Part shown: positions 28,411 to 39,089 of the stretch, in pieces
Layout: the number at the start of each line of letters is the position of its first letter
Position numbering within the stretch: position 1 is the stretch's first letter
IMG/VR virus record: IMGVR_UViG_3300033182_000581
Coordinates: 1 to 64,000 of that record
Strand: one strand, 5' to 3'
Length of the DNA: 64,000 nucleotides
Source: a virus
The notes under the pieces: model-generated
What the model was told of the DNA's origin: nothing
The model's database searches: none
Seen by the model: the letters and a program-made list of their open reading frames with translations, nothing else
Made by a program: the position numbers and the translations under genes

Positions 28411-31400
28411 GTGGCTAAAGAATCAGGTAAAGAAATTAAGAATAATCTTCAGGAAGCTAACAAATTTGCTCGTAATTTAAAAGAGGAATTTTTAGCACTG
28501 GATGGTATTAGTGATGTTACTAAAGGTAAGATGGCTAAAATGACCGATTCCCTTCGAATGCAAGCGGATATCGGAGACCAACTTAATGCCCTAATTCAAG
28601 AAAGACAGGCATTTATTGAAGAGGAAGTTAAAAATGGTCGTATAATTAGCGATAAAGCACTTGAAATCTTAGACACTGAAATTGAATTATTAGAAAAGAG
28701 AAAAGAACAAAAAGACCTTCAAGAAGAAATAAAAGATATAGGTAAGGATTTTGCAACTGATTTAGGTAGTGCGTTGGGTGTATCCAGTGGGTTGGTAGAT
28801 GCATTTATGAAACTATCAGTAGCCGCAATTGGACTTGCGATTCTCAAAGAGGTTGTTGGGTATATTGCAGATGGTGTAGCTAGGGCAAAAGAATTAAAAC
28901 ATGAATTAGGTATAAGTGCCGCAGCAGCAGGTGAATTGGAAGCCAATGTTGCTATGGCCAAAGTTCAAACTGGATTTTTAACATATTCTACTGAAGAACT
29001 CAGAGCAGCAGCAGATGCGGTTGTAGAAGCAACTGGTAGAATAAACGTTTCACCCGAAACTATTGCAAATGTTACTGAAATGGGGCATTTGTTATCAGAC
29101 GGTAATGATGCAGCAGTATCATTAAATAGAACACTTACCAACTCAGGTGTTGATGCAGGTGCACTTACTGAAGAAGTAAAAAGTATGGCCGAAAGTATGG
29201 GTATGGAAGCAGGCCCTGCTATGGATTATTTGGCAGCCAGTCAAAACGAATTGGTTGGTATGACCAAAGAACAAATACTTCTTAAAGCCAAAGAAGGTAT
29301 AGAGATGAAGAAACTCGGTGTCGATATGAAAAAGGCACGAGATATAGCATCTTCGGCATTAGATATAGAACAATCCTTAAAAGATGAAATGAAACTCCGA
29401 ACCATGTTAGGTAAGGAAATTTCGTTTAACGAATTAAGAGCAGCACAAGCATCTGGAGATGCATTAGCAGTAGCACAAGCTCAGAAAAACTTAGTAGACC
29501 AATTAGGCCCATCATTACAAGGTAACCTTCAGGTTCAACGAATGGTTAGTGAAGCGACAGGTATGACTACCGATGAATTACTAAATATTCAGAACGCAAC
29601 TGCAGAAAACACAAAAGCAGCACAGGATGGTAATAAACCAATTGAGGAAGGTAATAAGGCTTTAGGGTTTATGGCACAACATTGGAAGGCAATTTTGGCT
29701 GGTATACTTGTAGTAGTTGGTGCGTTATTCTTAATGGGAAAAATCAAACTACCTGGAATGGGTGGTGGTGGAAACCCAGTAGCAGATTTTATAGGTAAGT
29801 TTGGAACATCTGATGTGTTAAAAGGTGCCGCCGCAATGGTAATGGTGAGTGTTGCTATGTTTGTAATGGCTAAGGCAATATCCGCGATGCCAACTGAGGT
29901 AGGCCCATATGTTGGAATGGCAGTTGGATTAGGATTGATGTTAGGAGCACTTTATCTACTTGCCAAATTCCCAACCGCAGATTTAATCAAAGGAGCTTTA
30001 GCATTAGTATTGGTAGGTGTATCCTTAATTCCATTTGCCTTCGCTATGAGTTTGATTGCAGGTATTGATATACAATCAATCTTAGCGGTTGCAGCAGGTA
30101 TTGTAATATTCGCCGCAGAAATTATGTTATTGGGTGCAATAATGTTTACTGGTATTGGGGCATTGGTATTTGGTGCGGGTATTTTAGCACTGATAGCATT
30201 GGGTGCCGCAATGATTATATTAGGTATTGGTATTGTAATATTTAATAAAGGAATGAGTGGGTTAGGTGATAACATTCAAATCTTTGTTGATTCTATGGCA
30301 GGTATAATTGAAAATGCACCTCAGTTATTAATAGCAGCAGCAGTATTAGGTGCATTTGGAATCGCGTTATTACCATTGGCAGTTGCTCTACTATTAGTTG
30401 GCCCTGCGATGTTCATTTTTGGATTAGGACTCTCGATGGTGGGTACATTCCTACCAATAGTTGCAGAACTATTACCAATACTAATGACGAATTTAATTGA
30501 ATTAGCAGTGTACGCTCCAATGTTATTACTTGCATCAGCAGGTTTACTTGCGTTTGGATTCTCCCTATTACCATTATCATTTGCACTTATACTCGCAACA
30601 CCAGCCATATTGTTATTTAGTATAGCAATGTTGGCGTTAGGAGTGGGATTATCTTTAATAACGGGTAGTATTGATAGGATTGGTGAACAAATTCCTATGT
30701 TAGTAGACCAAATACCTCAATTAGTGGATGCGTTTTCAGGATTTGTAGGAATCTTACCATCATTACTTCTAATAGGCCCTGCATTACTTTTATTTGGGTT
30801 CTCATTACTACCATTATCGTTTTCACTATTACTGGCAACACCAATCATAATGTTGTTTGGTACTGCTATGGCGGTATTGGGTATGGGATTGAATGTAGCC
30901 GCCGATGCTATGGCTAAGATGGGTGCTTCAATTGATATCTTTATTGAAAGTATGTTAAAATTGGCGGTAATAGCACCTATAATAGAGTACTTAACACCAG
31001 TTTTATTTGTTTTAGGATTGGCATTAGGTGTTTTAGGAATTGGTATGACGATGGCATCAATACCAATGATATTCTTTAGTTTTGCATTAGATATTTTGGC
31101 AGAATCACTACCACCTATGATAGTGATGTTACCAATATTTACTGCAAATGTAATTATGTTGGTACAACAATTACCATTCATTGTAGCAACCGCAGCTGCG
31201 TTTAACTACTTAACTGCATCACTCATAGGATTAACTGCTGCTATGGTAATATTTACACCAATATTTTCTTTTGGAACATTGGTAACCGCCGCGTTAGTAC
31301 CTGCTATGTTATTCGCATCATTTGGTACTACAATGTGGGCAGCATCTGTACAATTCTTATCAGCATCGTTTGAAACACTTATACCAAATCTAATGGCGTT

Positions 31401-31794
31401 CTTAACCGCAATCCCAATGATGGGTATGTTAGTAACTCTGATACCTGGACTTGTAGCATTATCAGGTGCATTCTTCTTATTGAGTACATCATTGTTTACT
31501 TTAGGTGCTGGTTTAGGATTTATAGGAGTGTTCCTACCTGTACTTGCAGCGTTGGGTATATTACTTCCAACTGTAGCAGGTGCTTTCGGATTTGGAGATG
31601 ATGAATCAGAATCTTCATCTATTAGTGGTGATAGCGGTGCATCGATGAATGATGTAGTAGAGGAACTTAAAGCATTGAGAGAAGATATTCAACAACAACC
31701 GATACTTATTAAAGTGGATGGTAAAGTTGTATCTGCTATGAGTAAGGTTCAGGCTAGAAAACAAAGTGTTCGTAATAGTGGGTATGGGGGATAA
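28411..31794 (+). CDS. tape measure protein
   Basis: 1127 aa; helical Ala-rich N-half and very long hydrophobic C-half; C-terminal IKVDGKVV; lies after the tube and chaperone genes. Confidence 0.8.
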   Translation: MAKESGKEIKNNLQEANKFARNLKEEFLALDGISDVTKGKMAKMTDSLRMQADIGDQLNALIQERQAFIEEEVKNGRIISDKALEILDTEIELLEKRKEQKDLQEEIKDIGKDFATDLGSALGVSSGLVDAFMKLSVAAIGLAILKEVVGYIADGVARAKELKHELGISAAAAGELEANVAMAKVQTGFLTYSTEELRAAADAVVEATGRINVSPETIANVTEMGHLLSDGNDAAVSLNRTLTNSGVDAGALTEEVKSMAESMGMEAGPAMDYLAASQNELVGMTKEQILLKAKEGIEMKKLGVDMKKARDIASSALDIEQSLKDEMKLRTMLGKEISFNELRAAQASGDALAVAQAQKNLVDQLGPSLQGNLQVQRMVSEATGMTTDELLNIQNATAENTKAAQDGNKPIEEGNKALGFMAQHWKAILAGILVVVGALFLMGKIKLPGMGGGGNPVADFIGKFGTSDVLKGAAAMVMVSVAMFVMAKAISAMPTEVGPYVGMAVGLGLMLGALYLLAKFPTADLIKGALALVLVGVSLIPFAFAMSLIAGIDIQSILAVAAGIVIFAAEIMLLGAIMFTGIGALVFGAGILALIALGAAMIILGIGIVIFNKGMSGLGDNIQIFVDSMAGIIENAPQLLIAAAVLGAFGIALLPLAVALLLVGPAMFIFGLGLSMVGTFLPIVAELLPILMTNLIELAVYAPMLLLASAGLLAFGFSLLPLSFALILATPAILLFSIAMLALGVGLSLITGSIDRIGEQIPMLVDQIPQLVDAFSGFVGILPSLLLIGPALLLFGFSLLPLSFSLLLATPIIMLFGTAMAVLGMGLNVAADAMAKMGASIDIFIESMLKLAVIAPIIEYLTPVLFVLGLALGVLGIGMTMASIPMIFFSFALDILAESLPPMIVMLPIFTANVIMLVQQLPFIVATAAAFNYLTASLIGLTAAMVIFTPIFSFGTLVTAALVPAMLFASFGTTMWAASVQFLSASFETLIPNLMAFLTAIPMMGMLVTLIPGLVALSGAFFLLSTSLFTLGAGLGFIGVFLPVLAALGILLPTVAGAFGFGDDESESSSISGDSGASMNDVVEELKALREDIQQQPILIKVDGKVVSAMSKVQARKQSVRNSGYGG

Positions 31795-31797
31795 TAA

Positions 31798-34700
31798 ATG
31801 GCGTTAAAAGATTTAAAATCAGACCTTTCAAAATTTAGGATGCCAAAGAAAGAACCTTTGGAGGGAAACGCCCGCGTTGATGTTAATAAAAATCAAAATT
31901 TAACACCATTGGATTCTCTTGTAAATGGATTACCAACCCCATCAAAACCTAATAAAACAACTGATAAAAGGGGAGTTGATGTTAATAAAACAAATCAAAC
32001 TCCAATTACACCTAATTATGATGGTTACTACAAACAAACACCACCAGGTTCTCCAAAGATAGAATCTGTAACTAAAATAGAACCATTCAAAGGGGAAACA
32101 ACACCTCCTGAAATAAAACAAGGTGATAAATTCAAAGGTGAAACATCAGTTGAACCAATGAATAGGGAATCTAAGTTCTTAGGTGAAACAACACCAACGA
32201 GAGATAATAATACACCTGTATCACCAAATTGGGAAGGGTATTATACAGACCAAATACCTAATGCAACTGATACATCTAAGATAAAACAAGGTGATAAATT
32301 CAAAGGTGAAACAAATCCAACACCAATGGATAATTCGGAAAAGTTCAAAGGGGAAACAACACCTACTGAAATAAATCAAACCGAAAAGTTCAAAGGTGAA
32401 ACAACACCTACTGAAATAAATCAAACCGAAAAGTTCAAAGGGGAAACAGACCCTAAACCAATGAGCTTAGAGGAAAGATTCTTAGGTGAAACAGAACCTA
32501 ATAAAATGGATAACTCACCAAATTATTTAGGCCAAACCGAACCTAACAAAATGGATAATTCCGAAAAGTTCTTAGGAGAAACAAATCCAACTCAAATGGA
32601 TAATTCCGAAAAGTTCTTAGGAGAAACAACTCCTAAGAGTGAGAACAATACTGGTCAATTCTTAGGTGAAACAAACCCAACTCCTATGAGTTTGGAAGAA
32701 CGATTTTTAGGTGAAACAACACCAAACGAAGTAAATCAGAATGAAAAGTTCAAAGGAGAAACTGAACCTACTGAAGTAACACAAGGTGATAAGTTCAAAG
32801 GTAGTGTTGAAGTTGAAAAAGTAACACAAGGTGATAAGTTCAAAGGTGAAACTGAACCTACTGAATTTAATAATACATCAAACTTTGTTAGGTTTAGTAA
32901 TGAAGAGATTTCATCTCCATTTGCTACTGAACCTAATAAGATGAATTTGGATGCTAAGTTCTTAGGTGAAACTGATACTAAACCAATGAGTTTAGAGGAA
33001 AGGTTCTTAGGAGAAACTACACCAACTCATAAAGATAGTACAGGACAATTCTTAGGTGAAACCACTCCTACTGAAGTAGAACAGGGTGATAAGTTTAAAG
33101 GTGAAACTGAGCCTACTGTTATGAGTTTGGGTGATAAGTTTAAAGGTGAAACAACACCTGATAGATTTCCATACATTCTAAGACAAGAGAATCAGGGTAA
33201 AGAGCCAGGTGAAGTTAATTATTTTTCTGATATACATGCAACTGGATTTACATCGAAATTTGAAAGTAAAGAGCAGAGTAAGTTTGTTGGTATCAACCCA
33301 GACAATACTCAGTTTGATGGAGCAACATCTCTATATGGTAAACTTGGTTTAACAAACTTTATTGTTGATGATGACGCGACTGGGTTCACTAAAGATATGT
33401 TCCCAATTGGTAGTTCTAAAAAACCATCACAATTTATAGGTGTTGATTCGGCAGGAACTATTTTTGATGAAAAGGCATCCGATTATAGTAACACTAAAAG
33501 TTTATACGAAGGGTTATCTTATAGACCTGGTTATGGTAGATTTAAGTTTGATAAAGAAACTGGAAACGTACAACGATATTCCGAAAGTAACAAATACTTA
33601 ATAGATAATGAGTTGACACGATTAGGAATTTCTCAACTACAAGAAATGAGAAGTTCACCATCATTCTTAGATAAGATGTATGATAAATACAACCTAAGAG
33701 ATGACTCATTTAATTTAGGAACTGCTGCATTTGCCCATCCACTAATTTTAAGAGGTATCCAAAGACAAGGTATTGATAAAGGTGAACCACAGAAGTGGGG
33801 ATTTGGATTCCCAGTAGACGATGGTTTAGTTAGAGGTGGTATTGTAACTGCAACGGATAGGGCAGTTGTAGATGCAGTACGATTGGGTAAATGGATGATT
33901 TCAGTACAAGGTTTATTGTGGGGAATCAAAAACTTAGGGTTACAACAATCGAATCCAAATGTAGAAACTGTAACTGGTAAACGATTAACAAAAGTTTGGA
34001 CTCCTATAAACACAATCGCATCATCAATTAGTGGATTTATTGGATTACATCCACGTAGACATGGAATCTTACCATTACCAGAATCTGCAAATCCTGAAAA
34101 ATATGAAACTGTACAAAAAGGTAAACGGATTACGCATATTGAAGACCCAGCATTAGCAGCTCCAATTACAGGAAACCGATTGGTTGGGTTATGGGCAGAA
34201 TCATTCATAACAATTAAGGATACTTCAAAATCACAAACATTTAATGGCTCACCATTTGCAAGATTACAATCATTAGGAGGCCCTAATTCATTATATGGGT
34301 TGATTCCAGGTGGTAGAGTTCCTACTCGAAATGAAAATACACGACCTAATGATTTCATTGGATACACTATATTCAATCAATACGCAACGTTTAGATTGGA
34401 GAGTGATGGTAGTAGAGTTGTAGAAGGAAGTACCAAAGCATTAGATGTTTTAAACTTAGGAACATCTGAAGATAATTTTGGTAAGAAAACCAAGTTAGGT
34501 AAGAAAATAAAAAGTTATACAAAGTTTGCACCAAATCAAAAATCAACATCAGACCCTAATTTTGCCATTAACAAAATGGCAGGTAAAAATTATGATGATG
34601 AATCACCATATAACCCAAAAGGAGAACAATTTGACCCTGATAAGACTCCTTTAGGCGTAAAAGCAAACGACCTACCAGCTTCTTTTAAGAATAATACTAA

Positions 34701-35517
34701 AAATACTGAAGGTAAATCACATCCAATAGAAAAGAACGATACTGCAGCCGAAATCATAAAAAATTATGAAACTATGGCGTATGGTAGTATTCCAAAAAGA
34801 GAGGCTGGAAATCCTTCGTTTAATGATTTTAGAAGTTCATTGGCGGGTGATGAAAAGAAAAGAGCCGATAAATCAGATTATACCAATAAACACATCCATA
34901 CAAGAGTTGGGTTTGCAAATTATGGGCCGGGAAGAGATTTAAAAGATTGGTCTGATGGGTTAACCGCCGACCCCATAATTAGGAATGAGATTGGTAAGTT
35001 CGCGCAAAACGATTTAGTGCACTTTTGGGTTCAAGAATATTCAGAAGGTGTTGCATCACAAATACAATTTAGAGGAACAATCACAGGTCTTACTGATACA
35101 TTCTCACCATCGTGGGATGCTATTAAATTTGGTGGTAGAGCAGACCAGGGATACAAATATGGTACATTCGAAAGAAGTGTATCATTTAACTTCCAAGTTT
35201 ATGCAACATCGAGAGATGATATGGCCCCTATGTGGAAGAAGTTAGAAAGATTATCCACTATGACAATGCCACAATACGCAGGTACGGAAGGTTATAATGG
35301 TACTTTGGTTAAGTTTAGAGTCGGTGATTTGTATAAAAGTAAATTAGCATTTATTGATTCACTAACATATACAATTTCAGATGATGCGCCGTGGGATATT
35401 AATTTAGATGGTAAATTAGGTGAACTTCCAATGGGAGTTGAAGTTGCTATCGGATTTAAAGTATTAGATGCTAAAAGACCTCAATACAAACAAACGGTAT
35501 ATGATTGGAGTATTTAA
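31798..35517 (+). CDS. baseplate tube-initiator-like protein (gp48/gp54-type C-terminal domain) with long N-terminal repeat region
   Basis: C-terminal FRGTITGLTDTFSPSW..IKFGGRA...Y..FERSVSFNFQV...PWDI domain, lying before a LysM gene; N-terminal F(K/L)GET repeats. Confidence 0.6.
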   Translation: MALKDLKSDLSKFRMPKKEPLEGNARVDVNKNQNLTPLDSLVNGLPTPSKPNKTTDKRGVDVNKTNQTPITPNYDGYYKQTPPGSPKIESVTKIEPFKGETTPPEIKQGDKFKGETSVEPMNRESKFLGETTPTRDNNTPVSPNWEGYYTDQIPNATDTSKIKQGDKFKGETNPTPMDNSEKFKGETTPTEINQTEKFKGETTPTEINQTEKFKGETDPKPMSLEERFLGETEPNKMDNSPNYLGQTEPNKMDNSEKFLGETNPTQMDNSEKFLGETTPKSENNTGQFLGETNPTPMSLEERFLGETTPNEVNQNEKFKGETEPTEVTQGDKFKGSVEVEKVTQGDKFKGETEPTEFNNTSNFVRFSNEEISSPFATEPNKMNLDAKFLGETDTKPMSLEERFLGETTPTHKDSTGQFLGETTPTEVEQGDKFKGETEPTVMSLGDKFKGETTPDRFPYILRQENQGKEPGEVNYFSDIHATGFTSKFESKEQSKFVGINPDNTQFDGATSLYGKLGLTNFIVDDDATGFTKDMFPIGSSKKPSQFIGVDSAGTIFDEKASDYSNTKSLYEGLSYRPGYGRFKFDKETGNVQRYSESNKYLIDNELTRLGISQLQEMRSSPSFLDKMYDKYNLRDDSFNLGTAAFAHPLILRGIQRQGIDKGEPQKWGFGFPVDDGLVRGGIVTATDRAVVDAVRLGKWMISVQGLLWGIKNLGLQQSNPNVETVTGKRLTKVWTPINTIASSISGFIGLHPRRHGILPLPESANPEKYETVQKGKRITHIEDPALAAPITGNRLVGLWAESFITIKDTSKSQTFNGSPFARLQSLGGPNSLYGLIPGGRVPTRNENTRPNDFIGYTIFNQYATFRLESDGSRVVEGSTKALDVLNLGTSEDNFGKKTKLGKKIKSYTKFAPNQKSTSDPNFAINKMAGKNYDDESPYNPKGEQFDPDKTPLGVKANDLPASFKNNTKNTEGKSHPIEKNDTAAEIIKNYETMAYGSIPKREAGNPSFNDFRSSLAGDEKKRADKSDYTNKHIHTRVGFANYGPGRDLKDWSDGLTADPIIRNEIGKFAQNDLVHFWVQEYSEGVASQIQFRGTITGLTDTFSPSWDAIKFGGRADQGYKYGTFERSVSFNFQVYATSRDDMAPMWKKLERLSTMTMPQYAGTEGYNGTLVKFRVGDLYKSKLAFIDSLTYTISDDAPWDINLDGKLGELPMGVEVAIGFKVLDAKRPQYKQTVYDWSI
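32086..33160 (+). repeat. about 21 copies of a ~15-aa (45-bp) repeat, consensus EKF(K/L)GET(T/E/N)PT.M/I...
   Basis: Counted in the translation, e.g. EKFKGETTPTEINQT twice in tandem. Confidence 0.88.
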
Positions 35518-35520
35518 GAT

Positions 35521-35817
35521 ATGAACAGATACGAAAACATACAGATATTAAAAACTGAATTGGGTAAGAGATATAAAAAAACTATTAAATATCCTATCAT
35601 TGAAAAGAATGAAAATGATATTTATATAGTAGGTTCACAAGGTGATAGATTGGATAATATTGCACACAAATATTATAAAGATAGTACGTTATGGTGGATT
35701 ATAGCTCGAGCTAATAACATTGGTAAGGGTAGTTTATCAGTACCAATCGGAACACAAATAAGAATTCCATATAACTATCTAAACATTATTGATGAATATA
35801 GAAAACTAAACGGATAA
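35521..35817 (+). CDS. LysM-like baseplate wedge protein (gp53/gpX-like)
   Basis: GDRLDNIAHKYY.DSTLWWIIARAN...G.QIRIP. Confidence 0.82.
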   Translation: MNRYENIQILKTELGKRYKKTIKYPIIEKNENDIYIVGSQGDRLDNIAHKYYKDSTLWWIIARANNIGKGSLSVPIGTQIRIPYNYLNIIDEYRKLNG

Positions 35818-35823
35818 TAAGTT

Positions 35824-37662
35824 ATGTCATTTAATTTTACACCTGGATTTGGTATTGCAGGCCCTACTTTAGAGAAAAGGGTAGATAAGATTAAAGGTAG
35901 AGAGGTTAATTGGAATTATCAAAAATACGCATACTTTTATCTAACTACATCAGACTACAGCCCACCATCGGTCGGCGATGCAAAGGATTCGGATTCAGTA
36001 TTTAATTTAATACCACGAAAAGGATTTTCTGTTGGGATTCCACCAACTGGTGGCCACCTATCACTTTATACAAGTCCTGAGGAAAACGCAAGACGATTCA
36101 AAAAACACATAACATCCGCAACTATTACATTAGATGGTGGTGGTGATATCTATAACTCATTTATTAGAGAGTTTGAAATTGAATTTAAAGTATATACACT
36201 TGCTGATTTAGAATTAGTTGAAAACGACCTTTTTAAATTGGGTGCTAAAGCAACCGTAAAATATGGGTGGAAAGGTTCATCGGAAGCGGGTGAATCTGCT
36301 GAGGCCACAATATCAATTTACAATTTTGGGTATTCAATGGATGCGGATGGTTCTTTTAATTGTAATATTAAAGGATTAGAAGGAGATGCATTTGCAGGTG
36401 CTACAAGGGTCGGTGGTACTATAAAACTAACACCCGATGAATCCAAAACCCTAAGTGAAGAAGGTGCAAACCCCGCAAACCTATCTATGGCACTTATCGC
36501 AAAATATAAAACTGCACATGGTTTATCTGCAGATGACGATGCATCGGATTCAAGTGTTGGATGGGGAAGTCTTATAAAGAAAAACCACGATGGTGTTGAT
36601 TATTATATGTTAGGTATCAAAGAAGTTGGCCAGGGTGAAGGTATACTTGGTAGGGTACTTGATGCCCCACTTAGAGTTGCTATGGTAAGATTAGAAGATA
36701 TAGTAAACCTTGCAAATAAGCTAAGTGGTGATTCTGAAGATAAATCATTTCAGTTTCACGGAACACATCATACCATTTCACCATCACGTTCAGAATATGG
36801 CTCTGCAGACCCAAGAAAGTTTATATTACCTGGTGCTATGGCAGATTATGGTAAGGGAGCGGAAGATATCAAACGTAATGCACCTTCGGGTAATAGTATC
36901 AAAAATATTTTAGTTTCAATAACACATCTAACAAAAAAATTTGATTCTTTAAGTACTACTGTAAATGAAAAACAACAACCACCTGTTGTATCAAAATTAT
37001 TAAAGGCAATTGGCGCTGATTTAAAACGTTTAACAGGTGGTTTGGTTGATTTACAAATTGTACCTTTAGACCCCAAAAATCCAGATGGTACATATGAGAT
37101 ATTTAATAATACTGAGATTCAAAAACTACCACCAAAACCACCATTTGTATTTCCGGGAATTGGTGAAGATTCTATCGTAAAAGAAATTAGTATAGATACT
37201 GAATTTGATATGGATACTATGTTAATGATGACAGTTGGTAATGTTAAAAGTGGTGCATTTAATCTGCGACCACTACAAGTAGCATATCCGGAAATACCAA
37301 AAATACCACTATCCCCAAAAAAGAAAGAGGCTAAAAAAGAGGCAAAAGAAGCCCCAACTAAAAAAGGAATTGGTAAAGATGGTATTGATGATGAACGTGC
37401 AAGTTCTATTGCATCGGGTATGGCACAAGTATTGGCAGATGACCCAAATGGTACAATGGTAACAATTCCATTACAAATAAAATTAGGTATCAAAATAGAT
37501 GGTATAGAAGGAATTAACTTTTTAGCACCTGTAAGTGTAGATAGATTACCATCTAGATATAAGGATAATTGTAAGTTTTTAGTTACTGCGTTAGAACATT
37601 CATTTGATGGAGATGGTGGATGGGAAACTGATATTAAAACTGCTATGAAGATAGGTAAGTAA
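35824..37662 (+). CDS. putative baseplate hub protein (gp27/late-control-D-like)
   Basis: Follows the LysM gene; VKYGW, NFGYS..DGSF.C and C-terminal F.VT.LEHSF..GWET motifs. Confidence 0.55.
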   Translation: MSFNFTPGFGIAGPTLEKRVDKIKGREVNWNYQKYAYFYLTTSDYSPPSVGDAKDSDSVFNLIPRKGFSVGIPPTGGHLSLYTSPEENARRFKKHITSATITLDGGGDIYNSFIREFEIEFKVYTLADLELVENDLFKLGAKATVKYGWKGSSEAGESAEATISIYNFGYSMDADGSFNCNIKGLEGDAFAGATRVGGTIKLTPDESKTLSEEGANPANLSMALIAKYKTAHGLSADDDASDSSVGWGSLIKKNHDGVDYYMLGIKEVGQGEGILGRVLDAPLRVAMVRLEDIVNLANKLSGDSEDKSFQFHGTHHTISPSRSEYGSADPRKFILPGAMADYGKGAEDIKRNAPSGNSIKNILVSITHLTKKFDSLSTTVNEKQQPPVVSKLLKAIGADLKRLTGGLVDLQIVPLDPKNPDGTYEIFNNTEIQKLPPKPPFVFPGIGEDSIVKEISIDTEFDMDTMLMMTVGNVKSGAFNLRPLQVAYPEIPKIPLSPKKKEAKKEAKEAPTKKGIGKDGIDDERASSIASGMAQVLADDPNGTMVTIPLQIKLGIKIDGIEGINFLAPVSVDRLPSRYKDNCKFLVTALEHSFDGDGGWETDIKTAMKIGK

Positions 37663-38294
37663 TGGCTGATAAACGAAAAAGAATATATTATACAAAGGCA
37701 CAAATCACTAATGGTTTAAAAACTCCTGGTGGTGAGTGGATGTACACCGATGGTACTGAATATATTGGTCAATACCATAGATATACTACTGGTGAAGTAT
37801 TTACAGATGCATCATATGTAGAGGGTAAGTCCAGAATCCTAATACCATTTGTTAATTTGAAAGAAAAATTTGAAGATAACGAATTGGGTATTGATTTTGC
37901 CAAAAACTTTGAATATGATGGTTTAAAACCAGATTACGTTAAAAAAAGTTTAACACCAAACTCAAAATCAGAACAACCCAAAGATAAAGATTATACTAAT
38001 GGGTATATGATACGATATTTTGCTCATAAACGAAATGATAATCAAATAATAGAACTAAATAGTGAAGGATATGGTCAAGTGGGTACTGAAGATGGATTAG
38101 ATAAAGCAATTTGGGAAAATTTTAAAATCAAATGGAAAATATCAGGTCCTGATAAGGATATATTAGATTCACAAGGTAACATAAAAGAAAGTGGTATTAT
38201 TGATACTAATATCAGAACCATCAATTACGAATCAGAGAAGTATCCTGCAATAAAAGATTATATCACCGATTTTAGGCAATTCTCTAAAGCCTAA
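37662..38294 (+). CDS. hypothetical protein (baseplate region)
   Basis: 210-aa ORF translationally coupled to the previous gene. Confidence 0.65.
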   Translation: MADKRKRIYYTKAQITNGLKTPGGEWMYTDGTEYIGQYHRYTTGEVFTDASYVEGKSRILIPFVNLKEKFEDNELGIDFAKNFEYDGLKPDYVKKSLTPNSKSEQPKDKDYTNGYMIRYFAHKRNDNQIIELNSEGYGQVGTEDGLDKAIWENFKIKWKISGPDKDILDSQGNIKESGIIDTNIRTINYESEKYPAIKDYITDFRQFSKA

Positions 38295-38297
38295 AAC

Positions 38298-38353
38298 TTA
38301 ACGATTTCTTAACATTAGAAATTTGGAAAATCAAAGCACATTTCTTATCTTTA
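38298..38353 (+). promoter_or_regulatory. early promoter with upstream 29-bp conserved element (copy 1)
   Basis: TTAACGATTTCTTAACATTAGAAATTTGG; its TTTG is followed by N20 and TATCTTTA. Confidence 0.7.
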
Positions 38354-38376
38354 CTATGTAATAAAAGAGATAAGTT

Positions 38377-38715
38377 ATGATAGTAAAGAACGAAAGATTC
38401 CAAGTGACCAACGAATTGATTGGTAAGTACATCAACCGAGTGTTGTATTCAGATGTTGACCCTGTGGGTAAGATTGTAGGTATCAAAGGTAAGACCAAGG
38501 TACTGATTCAGCCAGTTTACGCTAGTGAGAACAAAACCAAAACGGAATACATCCCAGGTGGTTTTGCTGGACATTGTACGAATATGTATGACCAATCATA
38601 TGAGTTCTACGAAGATGGTGAGGTCTTTGAGGCCAGTTTGAGTAAGAGTTCTATGAAGAACCGATTTTGGGTTATTGGCGACAATCCTCGTAAATTCTAC
38701 GACTACAACTTCTAA
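38377..38715 (+). CDS. hypothetical early protein
   Basis: 112-aa ORF behind its own promoter. Confidence 0.75.
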   Translation: MIVKNERFQVTNELIGKYINRVLYSDVDPVGKIVGIKGKTKVLIQPVYASENKTKTEYIPGGFAGHCTNMYDQSYEFYEDGEVFEASLSKSSMKNRFWVIGDNPRKFYDYNF

Positions 38716-38719
38716 AAGT

Positions 38720-38774
38720 TTAACAATTTCTTAACATTAGAAATTTGGAAAAGTAAAAAAAAGTGGTACTTTAG
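38720..38774 (+). promoter_or_regulatory. early promoter with upstream 29-bp conserved element (copy 2)
   Basis: TTAACAATTTCTTAACATTAGAAATTTGG; its TTTG is followed by N19 and TACTTTAG. Confidence 0.7.
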
Positions 38775-38813
38775 TACTGTAAGATTGAGAGTTAAACAAT
38801 AAATAAATAAAAA

Positions 38814-39086
38814 ATGACTTACGCAGAATTAAATCAGATGAGTATTGAACAACTACGAGCGTTAAACTCAAAAGTAGTTGAAGTAATTAAGATGAAACGC
38901 AGTGAGGCTGCAATGGACATTAAGGAAGAACTTTATGTTGGTGCTAATGTAAAAGTTAACCATCCCAAGTTGATGGGTAAACAACTCCGAGTCGAGAAAA
39001 TCAACCGAACTAAAGCAGTTCTCAAAGTGTTGAATGGTTACGGAACTTATACTGTTCCAATGAGTATGATTGAAGTAAATAAGTAA
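38814..39086 (+). CDS. hypothetical early protein (SH3-like C-terminus)
   Basis: LYVGANVKV...VEKINRTKAV...YTVPMSMI. Confidence 0.72.
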   Translation: MTYAELNQMSIEQLRALNSKVVEVIKMKRSEAAMDIKEELYVGANVKVNHPKLMGKQLRVEKINRTKAVLKVLNGYGTYTVPMSMIEVNK

Positions 39087-39089
39087 GAT

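Noticed and set aside
32086-33160. 45-bp periodic repeats read as a CRISPR array
   Set aside because: They are in-frame coding repeats with synonymous variation and no unique spacers.
38298-38748. 29-bp repeats with an AATTTCT stem read as a CRISPR array or Cas12a-like repeat
   Set aside because: Copies are separated by a whole gene (about 390 bp) or 16 kb, sit on promoter -33 boxes, do not match the AATTTCTAC...GTAGAT repeat, and no cas gene is visible.
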